Of a stretch of DNA of 64,000 bases, positions 42,308 through 55,337 are shown piece by piece. The DNA is from Lytechinus pictus (lineage: Eukaryota): positions 26,724,001 through 26,788,000 of the forward strand of contig NC_087250.1 in assembly GCF_037042905.1 (NCBI RefSeq). Direction: 5' to 3'. Each line of letters starts with the position of its first letter. Position 1 is the first letter of the stretch. The notes beneath the pieces are model-generated. The model was not told where the DNA came from. It saw only the letters and a program-made list of their open reading frames with translations, and made no database searches. The translations under genes and the position numbers were made by a program.

Positions 42308-44469
42308 CTTGGAGAAATCAACTGTCTGACTGATTCATCCCTAGCATAGTGGATCGGTATATTGCCTGCTTTGTCTTCTGTGTCAGATCGTGCTCCATTT
42401 GTAAGAAGGACCTTTACAATGTCAATGTAGCTATTCTTAGCAGCAATGTGTAGAGCAGTCTGACCATCGTTATCACCCCTATTGACTTCAGCTCCGTGGC
42501 TGATCAGATATTTGATGACGTCAAGGCGGCCATTCTTAGCAGCAATGTGTAGAGCACTCTGACCATCGTTATCACTCAAATTGACTTTAGCTCCTAGGAT
42601 GATCAGAGAGCTGATGACGTCAAAAAGGTTATTCTTAGCAGCGATGTGTAGTGCAGTCTGACCATCAATACCACCCTTATTGACTTCGGCTCCTTGGCTG
42701 ATCAGATATTTGATGACGTCAAGATGGCCATTCTTAGCAGCGATGTGTAATGCGGTCTGACCATCATTACCACCCTTATTGATCTCGGCTCCTTGGCTGA
42801 TCAGATATTTGATGAAGTAAAGACGGCCATTCTTAGCAGCAATGTGTAGAGCAGTCTCACCATCGTTATCACCCCTATTGACATCAGCTCCTTGGCTGAT
42901 CAGATATTTGATGACGTCAAGATGGCCATTCTTAGCAGCAATGTGTAGAGCAGGCTGACCATCGTTACCACCCATATTGACATCAGCTCCTTGGCTGATC
43001 AGATATTTGATGACGTCAAGATGGCCATTCTTAGCAGCAATGTGTAGAGCAGGCTGACCATCGTTACCACCCATATTGACATCAGCTCCTTGGCTGATCA
43101 GATATTTGATGGCGTCAAGATAGCCATTCTTAGCAACAATGTGTAGAGCAGGCTGACCATCGTTACCACCCATATTGACATCAGCTCCTTGGCTGATCAG
43201 ATATTTGATGACGTCAAGATGGCCATTCTTAGCAGCGATGTGTAGTGCAGTCTGACCATCAATGTCACCCTTATTGAACCTAGCTCCTTGGCTGATCAGA
43301 TATTTGATGACGTCAAGATGGCCATTCTTAGCAGCGATGTGTACTGCGGTCTGACCATCAATACCACCCTTATTGACTTCGGCTCCTTGGCTGATCAGAT
43401 ATTTGATGACGTCAAGATGGCCATTCTTAGCAGCGATGTGTAGTGCAGTCTGACCATCAATACCACCCTTATTGACTTCGGCTCCTTGGCTGATCAGATA
43501 TTTGATGACGTCAAGATGGCCATTCTTAGCAGCGATGTGTAATGCGGTCTGACCATCATTACCACCCTTATTGATCTCGGCTCCTTGGCTGATCAGATAT
43601 TTGATGAAGTAAAGACGGCCATTCTTAGCAGCAATGTGTAGAGCAGTCTCACCATCGTTATCACCCCTATCGACATCAGCTCCTTGGCTGATCAGATATT
43701 TGATGACGTCAAGATAGCCATTCTTAGCAACAATGTGTAGAGCAGGCTGACCATCGTTACCACCCATATTGACATCAGCTCCTTGGCTGATCAGATATTT
43801 GATGACGTCAAGATGGCCATTCTTAGCAGCGATGTGTAGTGCAGTCTGACCATCAATATCACCCTTATTGAACCTAGCTCCTTGGCTGATCAGATATTTG
43901 ATGACGTCAAGATGGCCATTCTTAGCAGCGATGTGTACTGCGGTCTGACCATCATTACCACCCTTATTGATCTCGGCTCCTTGGCTGATCAGATATTTGA
44001 TGACGTCAAGATGGCCATTCTTAGCAGCAATGTGTAGAGCAGGCTGACCATCGTTACCACCCATATTGACATCAGCTCCTTGGCTGATCAGATATTTGAT
44101 GACGTCAAGATGGCCATTCTTAGCAGCGATGTGTAGTGCAGTCTGACCATCAATATCACCCTTATTGAACCTAGCTCCTTGGCTGATCAGATATTTGATG
44201 ACGTCAAGATGGCCATTCTTAGCAGCGATGTGTACTGCGGTCTGACCATCATTACCACCCTTATTGATCTCGGCTCCTTGTCTGATCAGATATTTGATGA
44301 CGTCAAGATGGCCATTCTTAGCAGCGACGTATAAAGCAGTGTATCCTTCCCTGGTCACTTTGTTCACATTTACTCCATGCCCAAGTATAGTTGTGATTTT
44401 CCCCAGAAAACCCAGCGATGCAGCTAAATGTAAATCTGTAGTATGTCCATCTCCATTCTCCATCTCCAC
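42308..44469 (-). CDS. Ankyrin-repeat protein exon (~21 repeats of 33 aa)
   Basis: Tandem 99-bp units encoding TALHIAAKNGHLDVIKYLISQGA; donor ccaag|gtaac at 42307; the upstream repeat at ~44470-44530 is out of frame, so the start is uncertain. Confidence 0.9.
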
Positions 44470-44654
44470 ATCAGCTCCGTGCTTTATACGAAATTTAATG
44501 AGATCCCCTTACCGCTTCGGTATGTAGAGCTAGGTAAAATAGCAATATCAAATCCGTGCGTGGTATACAAATGATGCATGCAGATGTGTTTATTATGCAT
44601 ACAGTTTCGATATCAATCCATTCCACGAAGCGAACAGGCCTTTGGTTGAATTGG

Positions 44655-45103
44655 GGGCGCATGTACCACTGATAGGATCCTGCAATTTCGGGAATCCCCT
44701 TTAGACCCGTACCTTAAAATGACGTAATGGTTGGAACGGTGCATATCTCAGCAATTTTTTTCATATGGGCATAGAGAGGGATTACTACTGGATCTGTTCA
44801 GTCCCATGGGAGAGCAGTAATTTGTCAATGCTAGATTTTATGGGACCTTAATTAGTTGCCCAAGAAACCCTGTGAGCACTGTGACTGCAACCAAGTTTGC
44901 ACGTAGTCTTGGTTTGAGCCGCTGTAGCGCGAAAAAATATTGAAAAACACCCTTTCATATCTTTAGCATTTGAAGGATATTGGATACACTACCAAATGAT
45001 AAAGGTGTGGATGATGTCATTTCTAAGACTTATTTTTGGCGATTTTTTCAAATCTCATTTTTAACACATGAGTCTATGGGGAAATAGTTAGTGGTGTGTG
45101 CCC
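44655..45103. repeat. 449-bp terminal unit (LTDR) with its own TIRs
   Basis: Begins gggcgcatgtaccactga, ends ttagtggtgtgtgccc, followed by tcaa; its first ~345 bp recur inverted at 56235-56597. Confidence 0.85.
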
Positions 45104-45418
45104 TCAACAGGTATTGTGCAGTAAACAGGGCTAGTTGGATGTAATTGCTGCTGGAAGGGAAACTGATTAAAAAGAAGGTGTGCAAACACTCTGAATAAAT
45201 GCCTGCCCTGTTGTTCTATCATGAAAACCCAATTGGCAGCTAACTAGGCACCATTTTCTTCAAAATACTCAAACAAATATAAAAATGCCACTTTTGCCAT
45301 TGACTTTGTATGTAATTTTGGCACTCTCCTACATTGGGGTCTTAAATGCAAGACTAGCACGCGCGTAGTAATCAGAAATACGTGTAGATCGTAGACCAAA
45401 ACATAAACAGGCCAGCAC

Positions 45419-48400
45419 CATAGAGATGTATACTAATAACGCTAGAGTGCGGAGTCGCCATAGGCGCGCGTACTTAACGTTTGTGATTGCGCGGAGAATG
45501 GTCGGCCATTGCTCGATAGGTCTCGATTTGCAAAAGTACCCGGATGTACGCATAGCTCGTGCGTTGTAATGCTGTGAAAAAGGGATGCCGTCTCCGGCCT
45601 TTTTCTTGAAGAAAAGAATCCAACCTAATTACAATCGAAAATATGAATGACAAATTGCATCTCAATAAACTATTAGAGTGATTACATGGGGATTCTGCTA
45701 TTAATTTGGCATTTTTAAACCTGATTTCTCGGGATGAAATTCTAAATAATTTGCATTTATACCTGTCCGTTTATAGGCCTTTAATAGATAACAATGTTGA
45801 TACTATCATATAAATAATTAGATAAAAATAAAAACATACAACGGACATTAATAGAAAGATTGACAATTGATTCAAAAGACAGTGAATTAGCCCATCCCCG
45901 GAGCCCATCTTCTCTGGATTTCCTTACCTTTAACTGCATCGTCCCCACGGCATATTTCCTTCAATCACGTCCTTTCATTCCATGTTCTCGTGACCAATTT
46001 GTTTATGTCGGATATAATTTTGTAATTTCTATATAGGCCTACAATATGTAACTTGCTTTAATTTGTATGAAATATAGGCCTATCATTTTTATATATTAAG
46101 TTGTACAATAATTTGTATAATGTTCTGATCTTTGATTACTATATATATAAAACATGCGCTATTATAATTTTAGTATAATTAAAGGGCATCTCATTGTTGT
46201 TCTTGGTGAGCCTCCCGTTACACCATCAATGTTAAAATTTGTGTTATTTGGTGAACGTCCTAATTTTGTTCTTATAGGAACATAATAAATTCCCCAAAAT
46301 CTGCAGGCCTATATGGCCCGAAAATGAAATATTGATAAAAAAATGTCGAGAATATAGCTTTTTATTGCAAACTTTTCACTTTTTAATTCCCTTCACTAAG
46401 TTCACTTTAAGTTAGATTTTTTTATTCGCTTTTTAGGGGGCCGTACACGTGTGTAATTAAAGTAACAAAGGTACCCTAGCAAATTCGCTTTAACATACTG
46501 ATCAAAATAAAATACAGGCTGCGCGACCGGATCCCTCCTTGAAATGAAAATGAACATTACACATAATAAATGATTTTGATTTTATGCACCCCATCACTTT
46601 CAAAATCATTCCGCGACGCCGTAGGTCTATAACATGATATAATAATTTTGTTCATCCATGGAAATCTTATTGTAAAAAAAAAAAGAATGATCCCCCGGAA
46701 ATAATCAAACTCAGGTCCATAGGCCAGCCAATGACATTAAAGGAAGAAAACTAGAAAATCAAATTCATATTATACTGTTAAAATGAAAAACAAAACTGAA
46801 TATTCAAAACGCGTGTTTATCTGTTTATAATTATGTATAGGCCGGTGCCTAAGAATATTTGCCATAAATTTCATTTATTCAAGCGACACAGACACAGTTA
46901 ATTAACACGATTTCAAGGCAGGTATCAAATTTGTAATATCTTACTCCAAGTATTTGTCAGTTTTGCAATATTATTGTTCCATAATTATGTTCATAGGCGG
47001 CGGAAGCGGGGGGGGGACAGGTCCCCCCTCCCCCTAAAATTGAGGTGGGGGACGGTCCCCCCTCCCTAAATTTGTTGTTGATAACCTTTTTTTTTTTTTT
47101 GCTTGTCAATTTTTTTTACCTGTGTCCATCACAATATTTCAGGTGGACTCCCCTAAATTTTGTGGCTTCCGCCGCCAGTGATTATGTTTGGTTTTAGTGC
47201 TCACAATATTTTGCAACCGTTTTCATATAATTATAATAAGTTTATTAAGTTTGCATTAATCTCTTTCATGATATTGTTATTGGTTTTATACACTCTTGCA
47301 GTAGTATTAATGTTCTTTATAGTATAATACAAATTATATATCCTAATCCCGCCCCTTTTCTTCTCCTCTCCTTCTCCCCCTTCTTCCTCTCCTTATTATT
47401 CTATCCTTGATTTGTTCACATAATATTGGTCCAATCATTATAGGATCAGAAACACCGGCGATAAACAGAAAATGTCAGTCAGTCTGCCGATCAGCATAGT
47501 ATTTCAGCCGGGGAGAATCAAGTCTAGACTTTCCAGAAAATCAAAGTGAAATTGTTTTATGTTGCGCATTGCGATTTGTTTACTTTCCGAAGTTTTGAAA
47601 TGTTTGCAAGGCAATTTAACACTGTAAACAGCATAAACTCCCCCCCCCCCACCCCCTTAGGCCTCCTGTACATTGCAAAATTGTACGACTGCAAGAGCGC
47701 ATTTGATATGCAAATTTTGCTGTCAACAAACTTTTCTACATTGATCGCAAGTACATGAAGTAAGAAAGTAAATATGATATGGGATGGCTGCCAGCAAAGG
47801 AAATCTAAATCATCAATTTTTAACTGAATCAATGCGTAAATCATTTTCAAATATCAATAAAAAGTCGGGTTTTTGTGATGTTGGTTAATTACATCAGCGT
47901 GTAAGACATGGGGAAAAGGGATCGAGTTAGGCCCTATTCTATGTATGATTTCTTTATGTAGATCTATATGGAAAATGAATTATAACAATGATCTAAAGTG
48001 AAGAAATAAATTATCAGCAATCAGTATAATAGTAATTAGGAAACTATACTTGAAAAAATACAATCGTGTTTTTTTTTCTCGATACCTTAGTGTCTCGGAT
48101 GCATCAGACACTGGCCTATGAATTTTCTTAGGTTAATTTCACCAAATCATATTAAGACATATTAAATTAGTTTATCAGGACCTAGGCCTAAATGTTATTT
48201 TTGATATTCATCTCTTCCAAATTATTAGAAAATAGAAGTCATATTAATGTATCGAAATTTTACCAAAGCAAAAGCAATTGGGACTGTAAATCGTTTGCCT
48301 TTATTATAGTTGTATAGGCCTATATTATGCGCTAGAGATAGGCCTATATAGGATTTTTGACCTCAGTTTTGCTAGATTTTTTTTGTTATTTGAACTTTAA

Positions 48401-48604
48401 TCCAGTGCAATATTTAAAATTTTGCTTTCGCGCTCAAATGTCATCAATTTGTCCTGTTCTGTGCTCATCCGTGTACATGCCCCATAGGTACTGTACGCGC
48501 ATGGCAGGCTGCGAAGACCTATCGAGCAATGGCGGCCGGTCTCCGCGTAATCACAGCGATTTGACGAAGTACGCCCTCTAGCGTTATTAGTATACATCTC
48601 TATG
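45419..48604. mobile_element. Non-autonomous P-element-like insertion in INT1
   Basis: 29-bp TIR catagagatgtatactaataacgctagag; 8-bp TSD gccagcac (45411-45418, 48605-48612); empty site in INT2 at ~52574. Confidence 0.9.
46992..47180. mobile_element. Small hAT-like MITE
   Basis: TIR cataggcggcggaagc / gcttccgccgccagtg; 8-bp TSD attatgtt. Confidence 0.8.
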
Positions 48605-48837
48605 GCCAGCACCGACACCGGCACCTAGTTTATTGTTAGTAATTCTCTTTCAACATCTTCCTAAGATAGGATTTTCAGTCAAGTTAAAAGGAATAACATG
48701 GCAAGGTAAAATTTGAAGTTTTTATATGGAATTTTATAGCAATGAATGTCTGGTTACTGAAATTCATTACAGAGGGCAAAACTTACTATTATTAATTAAT
48801 GTTATTTGGCTGTATAGGCCTAGTACCGTACACAATC

Positions 48838-49244
48838 ATGGCTGATCCACATCAGGAATGGTGTTCCAAATATTCAAAACTATTGGACAGTAAGACAGAA
48901 AAGAGGGGAAATGAGCCGTCGGCATGCTGGCCATTTAAAGGGCGAACAAAAAATGGGTATGGCTTAGTGGATGTGAACATCCCAGCCCCAGGCAGCCGTA
49001 AGACCACTAGGCATGCCCATCATCGGCTTGTGCTGATGACAAGGGTGGCGATGACTTGGGAGCTAGGTTTCGTCTGAGCTCCATGAGTCCATGCCTCTCA
49101 CCTTTGCGGTAATCGCATCTGTGTGAGGCCAAGGCCAAGCCATTTAGTGTTTGAGAGCCATATGAAGAGAAAAAACAGCGTCAAATTTGCCATAATTTGA
49201 AAACTTGCCAATCCCACGAGCCCCCTTGCATCATATCAGCCTGA
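48838..49244 (+). pseudogene. His-Me finger nuclease, disrupted copy
   Basis: Same sequence as 52797-53180 with several 2-8-bp insertions. Confidence 0.9.
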
Positions 49245-49371
49245 CTTAAGTATCACTGTGAGTGTGTGACTAACTGAGACTACAGTGAGTTTATTAACTA
49301 ATTTTAGGGAAATTAGGCATAGAGGTCTGGGCCTAGACTACATAATTATTAAACAAATAAAGTGATCCAAA

Positions 49372-51400
49372 GTCAAGATCTAGTTTCCCCTTTATCGCAG
49401 ATCTTTCTGTCATAGCTAGGAGTGATCACTTTGAATAGATATGTGAGTGTTTTCTAATTGTCCCTTCACATAAGAGTGGAAATTGCTGTCATCTTTCCAC
49501 CTTTTTACCTTTTGATACAGTTTGTATTTATACTCCCTATGTGTAGCTTTGGACTTAATTGCTGTCATCTTTTTACTTCTCTTTCTCCAGTAGTCCCTTC
49601 TCTGCTGCAGATGCAAGAGCTTGTGTCGAAGTCTTGATCCCCCTTTCACTGGAACCTGGGCAGCTAAGGCCTTGTCAAGGATCGATGCGGGGCCCCCGTT
49701 GGTAAGTTGTATTGCAGAATGCTCTCTGTTTGCTTGATTTCTGACATAGGTAGTGGAATGCTTTGGGTAGGTTACTCTGAAAGCAGAATTCATTGACTCT
49801 GCCTTTTGTGTTGACAAATTAAACCGTGTTCTCCTGAGGGTTTGAGTGGACAGTCTTTGACGTATTGTTCCCAAAATTTGTTGCTGATCTCTCATATTAA
49901 GCGTTATCCGCTGTCTAAACTCCAGAGGTAAAAAGGGAAATTTGAACCCTCCGTTACATGCTAGGCTCTGGTTCCAGCACAGTTCATGATTTCCAGTATA
50001 ACACAAAATCATTGCCTCCCCACATCTTTGCAACTGTTCTTCGTATACTAAAATGTCCCCTGATTGATTATGTGCTGAATTTAATTCAGCTTGAACCCTG
50101 TAAGCAATGTCGCCTGCCATTGCTCTCTGCTGCTTGTCTCTCAGTCTTGAAGTTTTACCTGGGAAAGAATTTTTGCTCAGAGTAAGTCTTTCCAATTTTT
50201 TACACGGAGACCGCTTCAGGTGATTGACACAAAGGTATGATGTTGGATCTACACCAGCTGCGCTCTTCATGACTTCTTGGACTCCCCTGTGAAAGTGTCC
50301 ATCACTATCGCTAACAACACCTTTGACAAGTAGCTGCGTTTTATCTCCAGTAAGTAATTTTTGTGCACATTTTTGTCCACCAAGCATTTCGTCCCCTATG
50401 TTATCACTCATCTTTATTGTGGCTGTACACTTAGGATGGTTAGGGCAGGCAGGTTCTTTTCCTTGACCAACTAATCTCTGGCCTACTCTACAAAGTCACA
50501 ACATCACGAGCTTGAGTCGCTGGTGCAAATGGTGTTCTCCCCTTTGCATGGCTGAGAGGTATGTTATATTGTCTGTCAATTTCTATGTTAATAGGTGTAT
50601 TTCTGTCCATCCCTCTGTACTCCAAAATGTCTTTCACCTTCCTGCGCTTTTCTGCCATATCCAATTCATTGGCAGCGGCCAAGATATCACCACATTTGTT
50701 AGCTGTCTTTTGGAAACCGCTAAGTGATCCAGTTGGAATACTCATTGCTGTTAGAATCCTGCTTGCAGCAGCATTTGCAATACTGCTTTGGTATAGCCCC
50801 ACCTGTAGAGCCATGTTTGGTACAGCAGTTTTTCTCCCTGATTCTGTTTTATCAATCTCTCTGAAAAACTTTAGAGCGGTTGATTCAAATTTACAAGTCC
50901 TGCACCTGAATACGACAGTAACTGCAATTCCTCTTATCTTTTCTTTTTCTTCAGGAATCATCCAGTCCATGTTTGAACACCCAGGGCTACAATGTGAATG
51001 CTGTTGGCAAGCTTCATTAATTGATGGCCATGGTGAGCTTCTCTACATCAACAATCCGATGACCGACAGCTGAACCATCAGTGGATGTCAACATTTTTGC
51101 CAGTGGTACAGAGTCTTCTGATGTCTTTGGCCTGAGAATCATGGTTGTAGAAGAGCGACTGACAGGTTGATCATGCTTGTGAAGAAAGTTGCCACGCTCA
51201 TCACGGGACATTGTGCGGTCCAAGTCCTCTCTTGTTAGACGTACATATTTGGTCTTGAGAATACTGTTGGAATTACCAGCTTCCCACTTCAGCCCCTTAT
51301 TCCATGCTCTATGGCCAGGTACAAAAAGGTTCTTTCGCTTGTCAGATAGTTTCTTGGGGCCCATTGTGATTGCTTTTGGTTTGGCAGGGAAAGTTTTCAC
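49372..51400 (-). pseudogene. DDE transposase, disrupted copy
   Basis: Near-identical to 53301-55373 but with a 53-bp deletion at ~50497 and 4-bp insertions at ~51017 and ~49415. Confidence 0.9.
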
Positions 51401-52796
51401 TTGTATTTATACACTTTTCTACTGTGCATCCTCCCCCCCCCCCCCCTCCTCCCCACAATAAGGAGAAGAAAAAAAAATCACAATTATGTCATGATTTCCT
51501 CCCTATTTTACAGGGAAATCATTTTCTTTTTAACCCAGAAGGGCAGCAGTGACGTATTTTGTAGCCAGAATTCCATGAGTACTTCCATGTCCTTCACCTA
51601 GTTTACATTACACAATTGTTATGGTGACAGATTCATATTCCACACTGGCCAGCAATAAATGTCCCTTTAGTATACTACTGAATCAATACTCTGGATCATG
51701 ATAATAATCACAATGTATTCAGCTATCATTCTCTGTCATTTGGCTCTTCTCAATAACCCCCTCCCGGCCCCTCTCTCTCTCTCTCCCCCCCCCTCTCTCC
51801 CTTTCCTCCTTCCATTTTTCATCCCTTTCTGTCAACATGTCACTCATTTTCTCTGCCTTCTGTAAAACTATGAATGTTATTACACACAAGGCACTTAGAT
51901 TTGCTTTTTCTTTTGTTTTTATTGTTTTTTCTCTTGAATTGTGATATTAATTTCAAGTGATAATGACTTAGAAAAATGAATCAAGTACTATTAAAACACA
52001 TTTACAACATTTCAAAGGTGATGATTATCATTAAATTTCAATTCATGAACATGGATTGAGCTTAAACATTACAAAATTTTCTTATAGGTGCATTGTTTCA
52101 ACATTGTGTATTCTGTCTGTATTATAACCCTGGAGAGACAATGTTTATTCCCTGATCAGAAGAGAACGGGGTCTCCAAAAAAAAAAAAAAATTAACATTA
52201 TGCATATGATACCCTAAGGTTGTGCCAAAAAAAAAAATTCCCAAGTTCAGTGAGAATCGCACCCTCTCAACAGGTATTGTGCAGTAAACAGGGCTAGTTG
52301 GATGTAATTGCTGCTGGAAGGGAAACTGATTAAAAAGAAGGTGTGCAAACACTCTGAATAAATGCCTGCCCTGTTGTTCTATCATGAAAACCCAATTGGC
52401 AGCTAACTAGGCACCATTTTCTTCAAAATACTCAAACAAATATAAAAATGCCACTTTTGCCATTGACTTTGTATGTAATTTTGGCACTCTCCTACATTGG
52501 GGTCTTAAATGCAAGACTAGCACGTGCGTAGTAATCAGAAATATGTGTAGATCGTAGACCAAAACATAAACAGGCCAGCACCGACACCGGCACCTAGTTT
52601 ATTGTTAGTAATTCTCTTTCAACATCTTCCTAAGATAGGATTTTGAGTCAAGTTAAAAGGAATAACATGGCAAGGTAAAATTTGAAGTTTTTATATGGAA
52701 TTTTATAGCAATGAATGTCTGGTTACTGAAATTCATTACAGAGGGCAAAACTTACTATTATTAATTAATGTTATTTGGCTGTAGGCCTACACAATC

Positions 52797-53180
52797 ATGG
52801 CTGATCCACATGAGGAATGGTGTTCCAAATATTCAAAACTATTGGACAGTAAGACAGAAAAGAGGGGAAATGAGCCGTCGGCATGCTGGCCATTTAAAGG
52901 GCGAACAAAAAATGGGTATGGCTTAGTGGATGTGAACATCCCAGCCCCAGGCAGCCGTAAGACCACTAGGCATGCCCATCGGCTTGTGCTGATGACAAGG
53001 GTGGCGATGACTTGGGAGGTTTCGTCTGAGCTCCATGCCTCTCACCTTTGCGGTAATCGCATCTGTGTGAGGCCAAGCCATTTAGTGTTTGAGAGCCATG
53101 AAGAGAACAAACAGCGTCAAATTTGCCATAATTTGAAAACTTGCCAATCCCACGAGCCCCCTTGCATCATATCAGCCTGA
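52797..53180 (+). CDS. His-Cys-box / His-Me finger homing-endonuclease-like protein (127 aa)
   Basis: CWPFKG..GYG...HAHRL...ASHLCGNRICVRPSHLVFESHEENKQRQIC...C..HEPPC motif pattern; aataaa at ~53284. Confidence 0.9.
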   Translation: MADPHEEWCSKYSKLLDSKTEKRGNEPSACWPFKGRTKNGYGLVDVNIPAPGSRKTTRHAHRLVLMTRVAMTWEVSSELHASHLCGNRICVRPSHLVFESHEENKQRQICHNLKTCQSHEPPCIISA

Positions 53181-53300
53181 CTTAAGTATCACTGTGACTA
53201 ACTGAGACTACAGTGAGTTTATTAACTAATTTTAGGGAAATTAGGCATAGAGGTCTGCGCCTAGACTACATAATTATTAAACAAATAAAGTGATCCAAAG

Positions 53301-55337
53301 TCAAGATCTAGTTTCCCCTTTATCGCAGATCTTTCTGTCATAGGAGTGATCACTTAGAATAGATATGTGAGTGTTTTCTAATTGTCCCTTCACATAAGAG
53401 TGGAAATTGCTGTCATCTTTCCACCTTTTTACCTTTTGATACAGTTTGTATTTATACTCCCTATGTGTAGCTTTGGACTTAATTGCTGTCATCTTTTTAC
53501 TTCTCTTTCTCCAGTAGTCCCTTCTCTGCTGCAGATGCAAGAGCTTGTATCGAAGTCTTGATCCCCCTTTCACTGGAACCTGGGCAGCTAAGGCCTTGTC
53601 AAGGATCGATGCGGGGCCCCCGTTGGTAAGTTGTATTGCAGAATGCTCTCTGTTTGCTTGATTTCTGACATAGGTAGTGGAATGCTTTGGGTAGGTTACT
53701 CTGAAAGCAGAATTCATTGACTCTGCCTTTTGTGTTGACAAATTAAACCGTGTTCTCCTGAGGGTTTGAGTGGACAGTCTTTGACGTATTGTTCCCAAAA
53801 TTTGTTGCTGATCTCTCATATTAAGCGTTATCCGCTGTCTAAACTCCAGAGGTAAAAAGGGAAATTTGAACCCTCCGTTACATGCTAGGCTCTGGTTCCA
53901 GCACAGTTCATGATTTCCAGTATAACACAAAATCATTGCCTCCCCACATCTTTGCAACTGTTCTTCGTATACTAAAATGTCCCCTGATTGATTATGTGCT
54001 GAATTTAATTCAGCTTGAACCCTGTAAGCAATGTCGCCTGCCATTGCTCTCTGCTGCTTGTCTCTCAGTCTTGAAGTTTTACCTGGGAAAGTATTTTTGC
54101 TCAGAGTAAGTCTTTCCAATTTTTTACACGGAGACCGCTTCAGGTGATTGACACAAAGGTATGATGTTGGATCTACACCAGCTGCGCTCTTCATGACTTC
54201 TTGGACTCCCCTGTGAAAGTGTCCATCACTATCGCTAACAACACCTTTGACAAGTAGCTGCGTTTCATCTCCAGTAAGTAATTTTTGTGCACATTTTTGT
54301 CCACCAAGCATTTCGTCCCCTATGTTATCACTCATCTTTATTGTGGCTGTACACTTAGGATGGTTAGGGCAGGCAGGTTCTTTTCCTTGACCAACTAATC
54401 TCTGGCCTACTCTACAAAGTTTGTTTGTTGAATTGTAAGTTACAATGTACTTCTCCGGGGTCACATTTTCTGTCACAACATCACGAGCTTGAGTCGCTGG
54501 TGCAAATGGTGTTCTCCCCTTTGCATGGCTGAGAGGTATGTTATATTGTCTGTCAATTTCTATGTTAATAGGTGTATTTCTGTCCATCCCTCTGTACTCC
54601 AAAATGTCTTTCACCTTCCTGCGCTTTTCTGCCATATCCAATTCATTGGCAGCGGCCAAGATATCACCACATTTGTTAGCTGTCTTTTGGAAACCGCTAA
54701 GTGATCCAGTTGGAATACTCATTGCTGTTAGAATCCTGCTTGCAGCAGCATTTGCAATACTGCTTTGGTATAGCCCCACCTGTAGAGCCATGTTTGGTAC
54801 AGCAGTTTTTCTCCCTGATTCTGTTTTATCAATCTCTCTGAAAAACTTTAGAGCGGTTGATTCAAATTTACAAGTCCTGCACCTGAATACGACAGTAACT
54901 GCAATTCCTCTTATCTTTTCTTTTTCTTCAGGAATCATCCAGTCCATGTTTGAACACCCAGGGCTACAATGTGAATGCTGTTGGCAAGCTTCATTGATGG
55001 CCATGGTGAGCTTCTCTACATCAACAATCCGAAGACCGACAGCTGGACCATCAGTGGATGTCAACATTTTTGCCAGTGGTACAGAGTCTTCTGATGTCTT
55101 TGGCCTGAGAATCATGGTTGTAGAAGAGCGACTGACAGGTTGATCATGCTTGTGAAGAAAGTTGCCACGCTCATCACGGGACATTGTGCGGTCCAAGTCC
55201 TCTCTTGTTAGACGTACATATTTGGTCTTGAGAATACTGTTGGAATTACCAGCTTCCCACTTCAGCCCCTTATTCCATGCTCTATGGCCAGGTACAAAAA
55301 GGTTCTTTCGCTTGTCAGATAGTTTCTTGGGGCCCAT
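53301..55337 (-). CDS. Kolobok/Mutator-like DDE transposase, intact (first ATG 55337; frame open to 55373)
   Basis: Candidate triad IEID / VSDSD / QKAES; CxxH (CVNH) after the second Asp; Cys/His clusters CRTC and CPNHPKC. Confidence 0.85.
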   Translation of the reverse strand: MGPKKLSDKRKNLFVPGHRAWNKGLKWEAGNSNSILKTKYVRLTREDLDRTMSRDERGNFLHKHDQPVSRSSTTMILRPKTSEDSVPLAKMLTSTDGPAVGLRIVDVEKLTMAINEACQQHSHCSPGCSNMDWMIPEEKEKIRGIAVTVVFRCRTCKFESTALKFFREIDKTESGRKTAVPNMALQVGLYQSSIANAAASRILTAMSIPTGSLSGFQKTANKCGDILAAANELDMAEKRRKVKDILEYRGMDRNTPINIEIDRQYNIPLSHAKGRTPFAPATQARDVVTENVTPEKYIVTYNSTNKLCRVGQRLVGQGKEPACPNHPKCTATIKMSDNIGDEMLGGQKCAQKLLTGDETQLLVKGVVSDSDGHFHRGVQEVMKSAAGVDPTSYLCVNHLKRSPCKKLERLTLSKNTFPGKTSRLRDKQQRAMAGDIAYRVQAELNSAHNQSGDILVYEEQLQRCGEAMILCYTGNHELCWNQSLACNGGFKFPFLPLEFRQRITLNMRDQQQILGTIRQRLSTQTLRRTRFNLSTQKAESMNSAFRVTYPKHSTTYVRNQANREHSAIQLTNGGPASILDKALAAQVPVKGGSRLRYKLLHLQQRRDYWRKRSKKMTAIKSKATHREYKYKLYQKVKRWKDDSNFHSYVKGQLENTHISILSDHSYDRKICDKGETRS

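Noticed and set aside
42308..44330. CRISPR-like repeat-spacer array
   Set aside because: Units are in-frame 99-bp ankyrin repeats without unique spacers; eukaryotic context
54538..55143. 201-aa plus-strand ORF (and 50561-51073)
   Set aside because: Antisense shadow of the transposase, no motifs
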